From the IMG/VR virus record IMGVR_UViG_3300021368_000002: DNA of 64,000 bases; one strand, written 5' to 3'. Shown here one piece after another: positions 1 through 9,700 of this stretch; position 1 is the first letter of the stretch, and every line of letters begins with the position of its first letter. The stretch is from a virus (Duplodnaviria > Caudoviricetes). The notes beneath the pieces are model-generated. The model was not told where the DNA came from. It did no database searches and was given only the letters and a program-made list of their open reading frames with translations. A program made the translations under genes and the position numbers.

Positions 1-2
1 GT

Positions 3-941
3 TTAACTGTTGTACATTTAGAAAATGTGAATTGGAGTAATAGATCAATACCTGTCGGTGTTGATAGTGAAATAGATGTAAGCACAATTAGTTTTACAAC
101 ACCTATCTATATAACTCCGCCTGCTAAAGTAAAACGCCTTGGTGTTATCACTAATATCATAACAAGTGTGTTTAATGAAGATGCGGGAGTAATTGATTTC
201 GGTGAAGCCAGACCAGTGTTAGACGCATACCAAAATAATCCTCTAGGTGCTACAAGCGAAAATAGAGATGGCGAGCAGAGACAGAGCGTGAGGGGCGATG
301 TTGATGCATTAGCAAATGTAAATTACAATAATTATAACATTGTAGTAATTAATAACACTGCACAGATAGTAGAAGGCAGCACTGTAGGTGAAATTAGCTG
401 GGAACCTATGTTCGAACAATTTGCTGGACCGTATCAAGCAGGTATAAGTAGGCTATTTTTAACAAGATCTGACCTAGACGGGGAAGTAGTTGCTACATTT
501 ACCCTTAATCTAACAAACACTAACCAATTGCTTTTAGATTTTGATGAAGATACACTTCCAACAGATTCAATTATTAGTAGTGATTTACAAGATAAATCAA
601 AAATTGATTACATAATTGATCCTACTACTTATAATCCATCAGCTATTAAGGCAACTGGTGTTAGATTGTTGCTTTTAGATAGTATAGGACCTCATGGGGC
701 AAATTTTGGGCCCTCGGCTTGGCAAAATACAGACGGAACTTATTTAGAAGCTGGAGAAAACGACATCATCGAGTGGGATGGAACAAAATGGGTCGTTGTT
801 TTTGATGCAAGTAATTATGATAGTAGTGTTATTTTCACAACAAATCTAAACACAGGTGTACAATATAAATTTAATGGTGTTGAATGGGTTAAATCTTTCG
901 AAGGTGAATACCAAGTTGGCACCTGGAGAATCACCCTTTAA
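3..941 (+). CDS. 5'-truncated tail completion/sheath-stabilizer-like protein (T4 gp15-like) with C-terminal extension
   Basis: Frame is open from the window start (LTVVHLENVNWSNRSIP...), so the GTG at 27 is not the real start. The segment NWSNRSIPVG..IDVSTISFTTPIYITPPAKVKRLGVITNII resembles gp15-like proteins of large T4-like phages (recalled similarity, not searched). Confidence 0.5.
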   Translation, partial: LTVVHLENVNWSNRSIPVGVDSEIDVSTISFTTPIYITPPAKVKRLGVITNIITSVFNEDAGVIDFGEARPVLDAYQNNPLGATSENRDGEQRQSVRGDVDALANVNYNNYNIVVINNTAQIVEGSTVGEISWEPMFEQFAGPYQAGISRLFLTRSDLDGEVVATFTLNLTNTNQLLLDFDEDTLPTDSIISSDLQDKSKIDYIIDPTTYNPSAIKATGVRLLLLDSIGPHGANFGPSAWQNTDGTYLEAGENDIIEWDGTKWVVVFDASNYDSSVIFTTNLNTGVQYKFNGVEWVKSFEGEYQVGTWRITL

Positions 942-953
942 GATACATACTAT

Positions 954-1397
954 ATGAGCGCAGATATAGTATGTAGCGGAGCATTAATTTTCGCAAAATC
1001 TACCCAAAGATTTTTACTTTTGCATAGAGCAAACGGTAAACGTAATAATATGTGGGGATTAGTTGGTGGCACAAATGAAGGTAAAGAAACTCCATGGGAA
1101 GGTTTACGGCGTGAAATCACCGAAGAAGTAGGTCACTTACCCAATATTAAAAAAACAATGCCATTAGAAAGTTTTATAAGTAATGATGAAAAGTTTCATT
1201 TTCATACATATCTTTGTGTTATAGAAGATGAATTTATTCCAAAATTAAACGATGAACACGACGGTTATGCTTGGGTTAAATTAGGCAATTGGCCTAAGCC
1301 TCTCCATCATGGGTTACGTAACACTCTTACAAGTAAAATTAACCAATCTAAACTAAAAACAGTATTCCAAGTAATATCGTTACTTGACGAACAATAA
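954..1397 (+). CDS. Nudix hydrolase
   Basis: Complete Nudix box G-x5-E-x7-REUxEExG: GTNEGKETPWEGLRREITEEVG. Confidence 0.92.
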   Translation: MSADIVCSGALIFAKSTQRFLLLHRANGKRNNMWGLVGGTNEGKETPWEGLRREITEEVGHLPNIKKTMPLESFISNDEKFHFHTYLCVIEDEFIPKLNDEHDGYAWVKLGNWPKPLHHGLRNTLTSKINQSKLKTVFQVISLLDEQ

Positions 1398-1412
1398 TTT
1401 TAATGTTATAAT
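1384..1412 (+). promoter_or_regulatory. sigma70-type promoter with extended -10, probably giving a leaderless hldE mRNA
   Basis: TTGACG (1384-1389), 17-nt spacer, TATAAT (1407-1412) preceded by TG at 1404-1405. The ATG lies at 1418 with no SD sequence upstream. Confidence 0.8.
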
Positions 1413-1417
1413 AAGAT

Positions 1418-2581
1418 ATGTCAAAAGTACTAGTAATCGGTGATATTATAATTGACAAATACATTTACGGAACAAGCACACGCTTGAGTCCAGAGGCACC
1501 TGTGCCTGTTGTTACTCAAGAACGCACTATAGAAACACAAGGCGGTGCAGGACTAGTTTACGAAAATCTACAAAGTCTAGGTGTTGACGTAGATTTATTT
1601 GACTATTACTATCCTAAAAGCACTAAAACAAGAGTACTATGTGACGGACATTACATTACACGTATAGACGACGATGTTATTGTACCTGGTGAAAACACAC
1701 TAGAAGACATCCTTAAAAAAGATTTTAGTGAATACACATATGTTATACTAAGCGATTATAAAAAAGGTGTTCTAGAAAAATCATACGAGATTATAGAACA
1801 TATTAACAAGTTTGGGTGTAAAGTAATAGTAGATCCAAAAGACCACTATACTTTCTATAATGGTGCCTGGATTGTAAAACCCAATGAAAAAGAATTTACA
1901 GAACTAGACTTTGATCTTTGGCAGGGCAATATTGTAATTACCAAAGCTAGTAATAATGTAATTGCTAAAATTGACGAAAAATTTTACGATGTTCCTGTAG
2001 AGCCTGTAGAAGTGTCGGACGTTACAGGTGCAGGAGATTGCTTTTTAGCAGCATTTGTTTATGCACTAACTAAAGATTACGACTATGGAACAGCATTAAA
2101 ACTAGCTGTTCAAGGATCGACTGAAAGTGTTAAACACGTAGGTACATACATTTTAAAAGAATCCGATTTAAAAAAGAAAGTAGTGTTTACAAATGGGTGT
2201 TTTGACATACTACACAAAGGCCATTTAACACTATTGAAAGAGGCACGCGAATTAGGCGATAAATTAATTGTTGGTCTAAACAGTGACAGTAGTGTAAAAC
2301 TATTAAAAGGTAACAACCGTCCAATCAATGACCAAAACACACGCCAAGAACAGCTAGAGCTCATACCATACGTAGACGAGGTAGTAATTTTTGAAGAAAA
2401 AACACCCTATGAATTGATAAAATCACTATCACCAGACCTTATTGTAAAAGGTGGTGATTATACTGTAGAAGAAATAGTCGGGCATGACCTTGCTCCTGTA
2501 CATATTGTACCAACTGTAAAAGGTCATAGCACTACAAAAATTATAGAGGAAGCAAATGAAGATATTAATTACAGGCTATAA
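1418..2581 (+). CDS. hldE: Bifunctional heptose-7-phosphate kinase / heptose-1-phosphate nucleotidyltransferase (HldE/RfaE), compact 387 aa form
   Basis: N-terminal VLVIGDIIIDKY..G...RLSPEAPVPVV and PfkB signature DVTGAGD. C-terminal cytidylyltransferase-family FTNGCFDILHKGH, LIVGLNSD.SV..LKG..RPIN and GHSTT. Confidence 0.9.
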   Translation: MSKVLVIGDIIIDKYIYGTSTRLSPEAPVPVVTQERTIETQGGAGLVYENLQSLGVDVDLFDYYYPKSTKTRVLCDGHYITRIDDDVIVPGENTLEDILKKDFSEYTYVILSDYKKGVLEKSYEIIEHINKFGCKVIVDPKDHYTFYNGAWIVKPNEKEFTELDFDLWQGNIVITKASNNVIAKIDEKFYDVPVEPVEVSDVTGAGDCFLAAFVYALTKDYDYGTALKLAVQGSTESVKHVGTYILKESDLKKKVVFTNGCFDILHKGHLTLLKEARELGDKLIVGLNSDSSVKLLKGNNRPINDQNTRQEQLELIPYVDEVVIFEEKTPYELIKSLSPDLIVKGGDYTVEEIVGHDLAPVHIVPTVKGHSTTKIIEEANEDINYRL

Positions 2582-3386
2582 AGGATTTATTGCCCAAAAT
2601 TTAGGAAGATACCTACATTCCCGTGGACACGATGTAGAAGGGTTTGACTGGATTCCTAACACTTTGCCAGCAGTTGACTATTATGACCAAATTATTCACC
2701 TAGGTGCAATTAGTAGTACCACTTGTACTGACGTTGATGCTGTTATGGAACAAAATTTAGACTTTTCTACGAGACTTTTAGGCCTCTGCGAAGCTCATGG
2801 TGTTAATTTAATGTATGCATCAAGTGCAAGCGTATATGGTCCATTGCCTGAATGTAAAGAAGATGGTCCTGTCTTGCCAAAATCACCCTATGCATGGTCA
2901 AAATACCTATTTGATAGAATTATTAATGCTACTGATATTGACAGTTTTGGGTGCAGGGTTCAAGGTTTTAGATATTTTAATGTATATGGTGAATTTGAAG
3001 AGCATAAAGGTCCTCAAGCAAGCATATTCCACCAGTTCAAACGTCAAGCAACTGAAGGAAGGATTAAACCTTTTGTAAACAGCGACAACTATTACAGAGA
3101 CTTTATCTATGTAGGTGATATTTGCCGTATCACTGAGATGTTTTTGAACGTAGATGAAAATGGAATATGGAATTTAGGTACAGGTAAAGCTGAAAGTATT
3201 GGTAACATTGCAAAATATATGAGTGAGACACTAAATGTGCCAATTGAAGAGGTAGAAATGCCTATAGAACTGAAAGATCAGTACCAAAAGTACACAAAAA
3301 GTGATAATACCAAGCTAATCAACTCAATTGGCGACTATAAATTTTTAACACCTTACGAATGGATGGATCAATGGCTACAAGACTAG
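2556..3386 (+). CDS. hldD: ADP-L-glycero-D-manno-heptose 6-epimerase-like extended SDR
   Basis: ITGYKGFIA Rossmann motif, HLGAISSTT, YASSASVYG, catalytic YAWSK, FRYFNVYG and RDFIYVGD. Overlaps the 3' end of hldE by 26 nt. Confidence 0.85.
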   Translation: MKILITGYKGFIAQNLGRYLHSRGHDVEGFDWIPNTLPAVDYYDQIIHLGAISSTTCTDVDAVMEQNLDFSTRLLGLCEAHGVNLMYASSASVYGPLPECKEDGPVLPKSPYAWSKYLFDRIINATDIDSFGCRVQGFRYFNVYGEFEEHKGPQASIFHQFKRQATEGRIKPFVNSDNYYRDFIYVGDICRITEMFLNVDENGIWNLGTGKAESIGNIAKYMSETLNVPIEEVEMPIELKDQYQKYTKSDNTKLINSIGDYKFLTPYEWMDQWLQD

Positions 3387-3763
3387 AAGGAAAAGTAGAA
3401 AAAGGTTGGGGTTTCGAGCTAATATGGGCTACAAACGAGCATTATTGCGGGAAAATCCTATTTTTTGAAAAAGCAGGTGCAAAATTTTCAATGCACTTCC
3501 ATAAAGAGAAGGACGAAACGTGGTTTATTAACAATGGCCGCTTTATAGTCCGGTGGATTGACACAAAAACAGCCCAGTTGCATACACAAGAGCTAAAAGA
3601 AGGAGATGTTTGGCATAATCCTCCATTGCAACCTCATCAATTAGAGTGTATTGTTGCTGGAAGCAGTTTAACAGAAGTATCTACTCCAGATTCTGTTGAA
3701 GATAACTATAGAGTTGCGCCAGGCGACAGCCAAAGTGCTATGCCTGGGCCTCACCCCACTTAA
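3371..3763 (+). CDS. Cupin-fold sugar isomerase-like protein (mannose-6-P isomerase / D-lyxose isomerase-like)
   Basis: KGWG.E.IW...HYCGK.L, FSMHFHKEKDETW, HNPPLQPHQL and EVSTPD..EDNYR..PGDSQ. Start placed at ATG 3371 (MATRLEG); the ORF track begins at 3359. Confidence 0.75.
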   Translation: MATRLEGKVEKGWGFELIWATNEHYCGKILFFEKAGAKFSMHFHKEKDETWFINNGRFIVRWIDTKTAQLHTQELKEGDVWHNPPLQPHQLECIVAGSSLTEVSTPDSVEDNYRVAPGDSQSAMPGPHPT

Positions 3764-6700
3764 GAATAACGTTTGAAGGAATAGCATTTCCTGAAGTTTT
3801 GTAAACATTAAGTGCTAACACGTCTGGACCGTTAGGAAATGTACCTCTACCACCTAAACTTGTGTTTGTAAGTTCTTTGATTGATGTAAGATCAATAACA
3901 GAACGTTCTCCCGGCACAGCGATAAATTTAAATATTGTTTCGCCTGGCTGTGCGTATACAGGTGGTGTTAAGCTCATAACAATAGTTGACCCAGCAGTCA
4001 ACCCTGTACCAGTTTGTGAGTATGTAATCCTATAAAATGTTGTAGTGTCAACTGTAATTTTCTGCACAGAAACAACCTGTGTACCAGCTGGGAAGTGTGT
4101 ATCAGTAGAATCTATGTTAGTTCCTTCTGTAGCATTTGAGGCTTCCCAACTTAATGCGGTAACAAGAGCATAGTTTGCATTTTCAGGTCCTAATGGATAT
4201 CCAAAAGTATAAGATGTGCCTGCATTAACTCTGTCTTTTGTTCTTCTGCTAAGTTGTACTCGTATGTAAGAACCATATGTGTTTACCTGAGTTACAGTTG
4301 TGTTGTTTCTAATATAATCACTAGGAGTTCCTGGTCCATTATATTCAACTGTCATACCTACTTGTATTGAACTACCACTTGGAACTGAACTTGTTGCAAT
4401 GTAAATTACATTTGTATTATTCCATGCCTGATAATATAGTGTAGCGTTAAAGCTAGGGGCAGTTGATAGTGTGGTTAAATTTGCTGTAACAGGCGTTGCA
4501 TCACCCCAGACAATAGCACCACTTGGCGCAATTTGAGCAAAACTAGGCTGTCCACCTTGTGCTTCGCCTCCTAGGTCTGTCCAACCAACATCTGCTGGAT
4601 TTTCAGGATAGTTCTGTGGATTTAAGATACCTTCAACAACAATACCTCCTGTATCACTTGCAGCTAATGGTTCGGAAGTAATTTCAATACCATTTAATAG
4701 CAACTGGGCTCTGTTTAATAATTCTCTATCACCAAGGTCGCCTGTAATAGCGTTAGAAACACTAGGCGCAAGTCTAATCATTAATGCAGTATTACGAACT
4801 GTACTTGCTTCAATGTTTGTAGCAGCATAAGAGAAAATGTAACCACGATCTTCATCAAAGCCACCATCTGTAATAAATGCTGATCCCCAGTGACTGATAA
4901 TAGGTGTAATAGTATTACTAATTAACACAACACCTGTTCTTCTTTCATGTTCAACAGCTGGTCCTGCTGTATACTGTCTTTGAGCGCCTGCTTGGAAGTT
5001 TGTCATTGTTGTACCTCTTGTACAACCTGTCAAATCATTTCCACTAACTCCTGTAAATGTTATAATTTCGTTATCAATTAACAATGTGCCGCCATCTGGA
5101 GGAAAGAAACTAGCGTCTTCTAATGTAATAGTAGTTTCAACATCATCTAAGTGTTCTGCAAGTTTGCCTGGAGGTCCTTCATTAGTAACTTCATAACGCA
5201 CAGGCAAGTTTCCTGAACGCATGAACGCTTCTGTGTTTACGTTTGAGTTACGCATTCTGTGACAGAATATAAAGTTACCATCTGCACCACGCAACATAAA
5301 GTCGATAAATCCAGCACCATACCAAGAATATTGAATTCCAATCATTTGCATTTTAGATATATCAGTATCGTATCCACTTTGCCCAGTTCCGTCTAATCTA
5401 TCTAAATTAAATGAATCTTGCTTGACTTTTTTATCTATTACAATACAACCTTTTGCATTGTAAGCAGGTGATACGCCTCTATAATCAGGTGTAACAATCA
5501 TTTCTGTTTGAGAATTTACATGAGCAACAACGTGTGTCATTCCTCTAATAACAATTCTATCACCTGCTTTTAATTGATCTTTAAATCTAGTTCCTGTGCC
5601 AGAAATAACATTTTCATCTGGATTTACATTAAGTGTACCTGCTATCTGGAACGTTGAACTTCTTTGTACAACAGAAATATTTCTCCCATCGTATTCCCAG
5701 AAAATTCCGTTTTGATCATCATATGCACCAGCCCTAACTGTAGCACCGTGCCAATTTAAAACTGATATTTGGCACCCAAATCCTAGTATAGGTATTTTGC
5801 TTCCTAATTGTGTAGTTGCAACTACTCTAAACTTTCTTTCTGAAACAATGTCAGAAACTCTATACGTACCGTCATAGCCTGCTGTGCTTACACCAATAAG
5901 TTTTATTGTACCGCCAACTTGTAATCCGTGATCCACATCGTCAGTTTCGATTGTTAATATATCTCCTACTCCTGTACCTGTGCTTTCTATGCTAAGAACA
6001 TCATAACTAGGTGCAAACAATGCACCAGTAGTATACATAATACCTTTACCTGACTGATATCTAATGTAGTTTTTACTTTGACGTATGGCTTGCGCACCGT
6101 GTTGTGGTCCGCCTGTACCTAGCTGAACACCACCATCATACGGTCTATGAATAAAGAAAGAATCTGGTCTGGTGTAAATAGTTGCAGTAATACTAGTTGC
6201 AATGTCTATTGTACCTGCCGTTCTAGCAACATATCTTAATTTGTTTTTTTCTGGTACATTTGTTGCAATAAATGATCCACCTGCCAAAGCATGGTTATTT
6301 GACCCGTCATCCGATGCAACTGCAACAATGAATGTTCCGCCCGGTATTAATCCATGAGGATTATCAAACTGAACTTCTATTGTTGCTAGACTTTCAAAAT
6401 CAATACTTGTTGTAGCAGGTAATGCTGCTGTAGTAGTTTCTGTAAATGTAACAGTTCCATAAAAATTAATAGCTGCTGCTGCTGTCACTGTACCTGTGAT
6501 TGTTGCTGTTAATATTGCACCTACACTATCTATACTTTCTACAACAATAGTTGCATCATTTGTTGGAGATGCGCCTCCTAAAGATTCGCCGCTAATAAAA
6601 ATAGTATTACCAGGATAATAGCCTGTGCCTGTACCGCCTGGATCAACTTCTATGCTATACGCACTGACTGTTCTAGTTATATCAAATGCTGCTGCTGTTC

Positions 6701-9700
6701 CATTAAGTGGAGAGTATGTGCTGTTTGTATTAGTATATGTACCCGATCCGTTTCCGCCTGTTCCTGAAACAGTTGCAGTTAAAATTTGTCCGCTCGAATC
6801 TACTGTCGATACGGTTATTGTTGCATCATTAGCCGGAGTTACACCGCCGATTTCATTACCTGGAACAACAATAGTATCGTTCTGTCTATAGCCTAAACCA
6901 CCATTATCTACAGATTGAACAGTGTAAACTTGACTAGCAAGGTTAATTGTAAATACAGCACCTGCACCTGCTACGTTTGTTCCTGAAATGCCGATTGCTT
7001 CCCCTACGTTTGCTGCTGTTCCTGAATGGTTAATTTGGGTGATTTCGCCTGTGCCTAAATCTATATCAGCCACAGTAATTGTTAAATCATTTGTCGGTGA
7101 TGTACCTCCTAGATTTGCACCAGAAATAGTTAGAGTATCGCCTATATTATATGCTGTACCACCGTTTTGCACTGATGGAGAGTATGTAGTTCCTGTTCTG
7201 CTAACAATAAATGCTGCATCTGCTCCGCCACTTGCAGTTGTATACGCAGGATCAATATAATTTCCAAATCCGTCCGGTGCTGTTCCAGATACAGTTACGC
7301 TTGTAATTTCTCCGTTTGAACCAACTGTGCTTACAGTAACTATTAAATCATTTGCAGGTGTTGCTCCGCCTACTTGATCACCAGTTATAGTGATTTCGTC
7401 TGTCGTAGTATAATTAGCACCCCTTAAATCAGGAGCTGTACCTGCAATGCTTGCTGTTAGAACTGCACCTGTTCCATCAACTGTCAAAACAGTTATAGTT
7501 GCATCATTAGCTGGAGATGATCCGCCTACTTGTGCACCTGTAAGTAAAAGTTGATCACCTTGTGAATATTCTTGACCGCCGCCGACTACAGTAACACTAT
7601 AGCTAGATCCTGTTGCACTTATGTCAAAACTTGCACCAGTACCATAAATTACATTTCCTGTTTGAGCTCCATAGTTTGCCTCATTTACTGCCAAACCTGC
7701 TCCGCTTACTCCAGTGATTCCTCCACTGCCGTCTACACTAGTTATTGTAATGGTACAGTCGTTAGTAGGACTAGATCCACCTAAATCTGTACCTGGTACA
7801 ACAAATGTTTCATTTTGAGAATACCCTGTACCTGGATTTGTAATTTGAGGGCTATATGAAGTACCGTTTGTTTGCACAACAAAACTTGCATCTACGCCGC
7901 TGCCGCCGCTATAATTAAGAGTCACAGATGCATAGTTATTTTGGGCATCTACTGCTGTTCCAGCAACACTTACACTTAAAATTTCTCCAGTAACACCGTC
8001 TACACTTGCTACAGTTACAATACAATCATTTGTACCATCGACGCCACCTAAGTTACTACCTAATATTCTTATATTGTCGCCTTGCTGATAAGATAAACCA
8101 CCATTCTGGACAGTGGCAAAATATGAATTATTTCCTGTTGTGATTAATAAAATAGCACCATTGCCGTCAGGTTCTTCTGCATCTATAGGAAATCCATTTA
8201 AGGCAATTTGACTTGTAGTAGCCGAGTAAACATTATTAGTGTATGTTATATCAAATGCTGCACCAGTACCTTGACCGTTTTGAAGTTGTCCTGCTATATT
8301 AGGAAATAATCCGTCAGCAGGTGCAGCAGTTCCCGTACTTGATATACTAGTAATGTCTCCGCTTGCGCCTACACCTGTTACCCTAATAAATAAATCATGT
8401 GTTGGCGATGTTCCGCCTAATAAATTACCTGCAATCTGTAGCGAATCATTTACATCATATCCCGAACCAGCATTATTTATAGTAGGAGTATACGATCCTG
8501 CAGATCTAACTACATCAAATCTTGCATCAATACCGCCTGATGTTGTTTTAAGTGTGCCAACGACTCCTGTATACTCAACATTAGAACCAGGAATAGGAGA
8601 TGTAATTGGACCACTTAAAGTAACAGTATTTCCACTTACTTGAGTAACAGTTACACCTTCTCCGTCACCCCTGTCCATTCCGTAACCAACTAGTATGCCT
8701 GAAGCACTTGTAACATCAAATTCACTTACTCCTGATGGAATATCTTGTGCAGTGTCTGCGGTGAATTCTATACCAGCACCTGTGCCGTTTATTGCTGTAA
8801 CCTGAGCACCAGTAGGAATAGCACCAGTTGCATCAACTAAAGGAGCACCAATTTCTGGAACATCTCCTGAAAATCCAATTGTGTCACTTTCGCTTGGCCA
8901 ATCTAAATTTACAGCAAAAGTACCAGAACTACCATTACTTGCTACTGTAAATTCTGGATCGCCTATTGCAGCGCCAGTAAAATAGCCTGCTTTCCTTAGC
9001 TGTGTATAGGTTGTAGAAATGACTTCGCCATTAGTTGTTCCTACTTTTGATTTGGCATAAAAATTAAATTGTTTATCGTTTACAACTTGATTTACTGCAA
9101 AGCTGCCTTCAGCTCTGCCAAATCCTAGTGCAGAACTACCTAATCCTTTTATTGTAAAAGGACCGCCTTGAGATAATCCATGAGTAACAATAGTGTTAAC
9201 AGTTATTAAACTAGAACCAATGCCTTGTGTTCCAGAAGAAGCATCTGTAGTCACAGACTCTACGCTTATTTCTGTACCAGGTATTTCGTAAATAGAAGGG
9301 TAACCTCTTGCCATACCAATCGCTTGCCATTTGGTTGGCTGTAGTCCATATTCAAAGTCAGCATCAAGCATAGACTGAGCGTTAGCAACTCTGTTTCTTT
9401 CGATTGCATCTGTACCAAAATCATATGGTCTTACACGTTGTTCTTTTTCTTCAACAAAGATTTGTAATCTATCAGTTGATGCATGAGTTGCTGTATTGTA
9501 GTATAATTTTAATGATGTAATAGTATCAGCTGTTTGATCAAAGCTAGGAAAATCTGTTTCGTTTAAGTTATCACTATCTTTTAAAAATTCAACTTCTGCA
9601 AGTTTTGTTGGATCGCTAAAGCTATATACAACATGGCCTTTTGTAACATTTGTTATTAACAAAATGTCTTCTTCGTTATAACGACCTTGGAAACGTATAG

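Noticed and set aside
942-953. GATACATA before the Nudix gene as a late promoter
   Set aside because: It has a mismatch in the otherwise invariant TAAATA core and lies in AT-rich DNA; too weak to call.
1418-3763. Host chromosomal LPS-core locus, i.e. a prophage or host junction
   Set aside because: It is flanked by a phage tail gene and virion genes, composition looks uniform, gmhA/gmhB/waa neighbours are absent, and no integrase or att site is visible.
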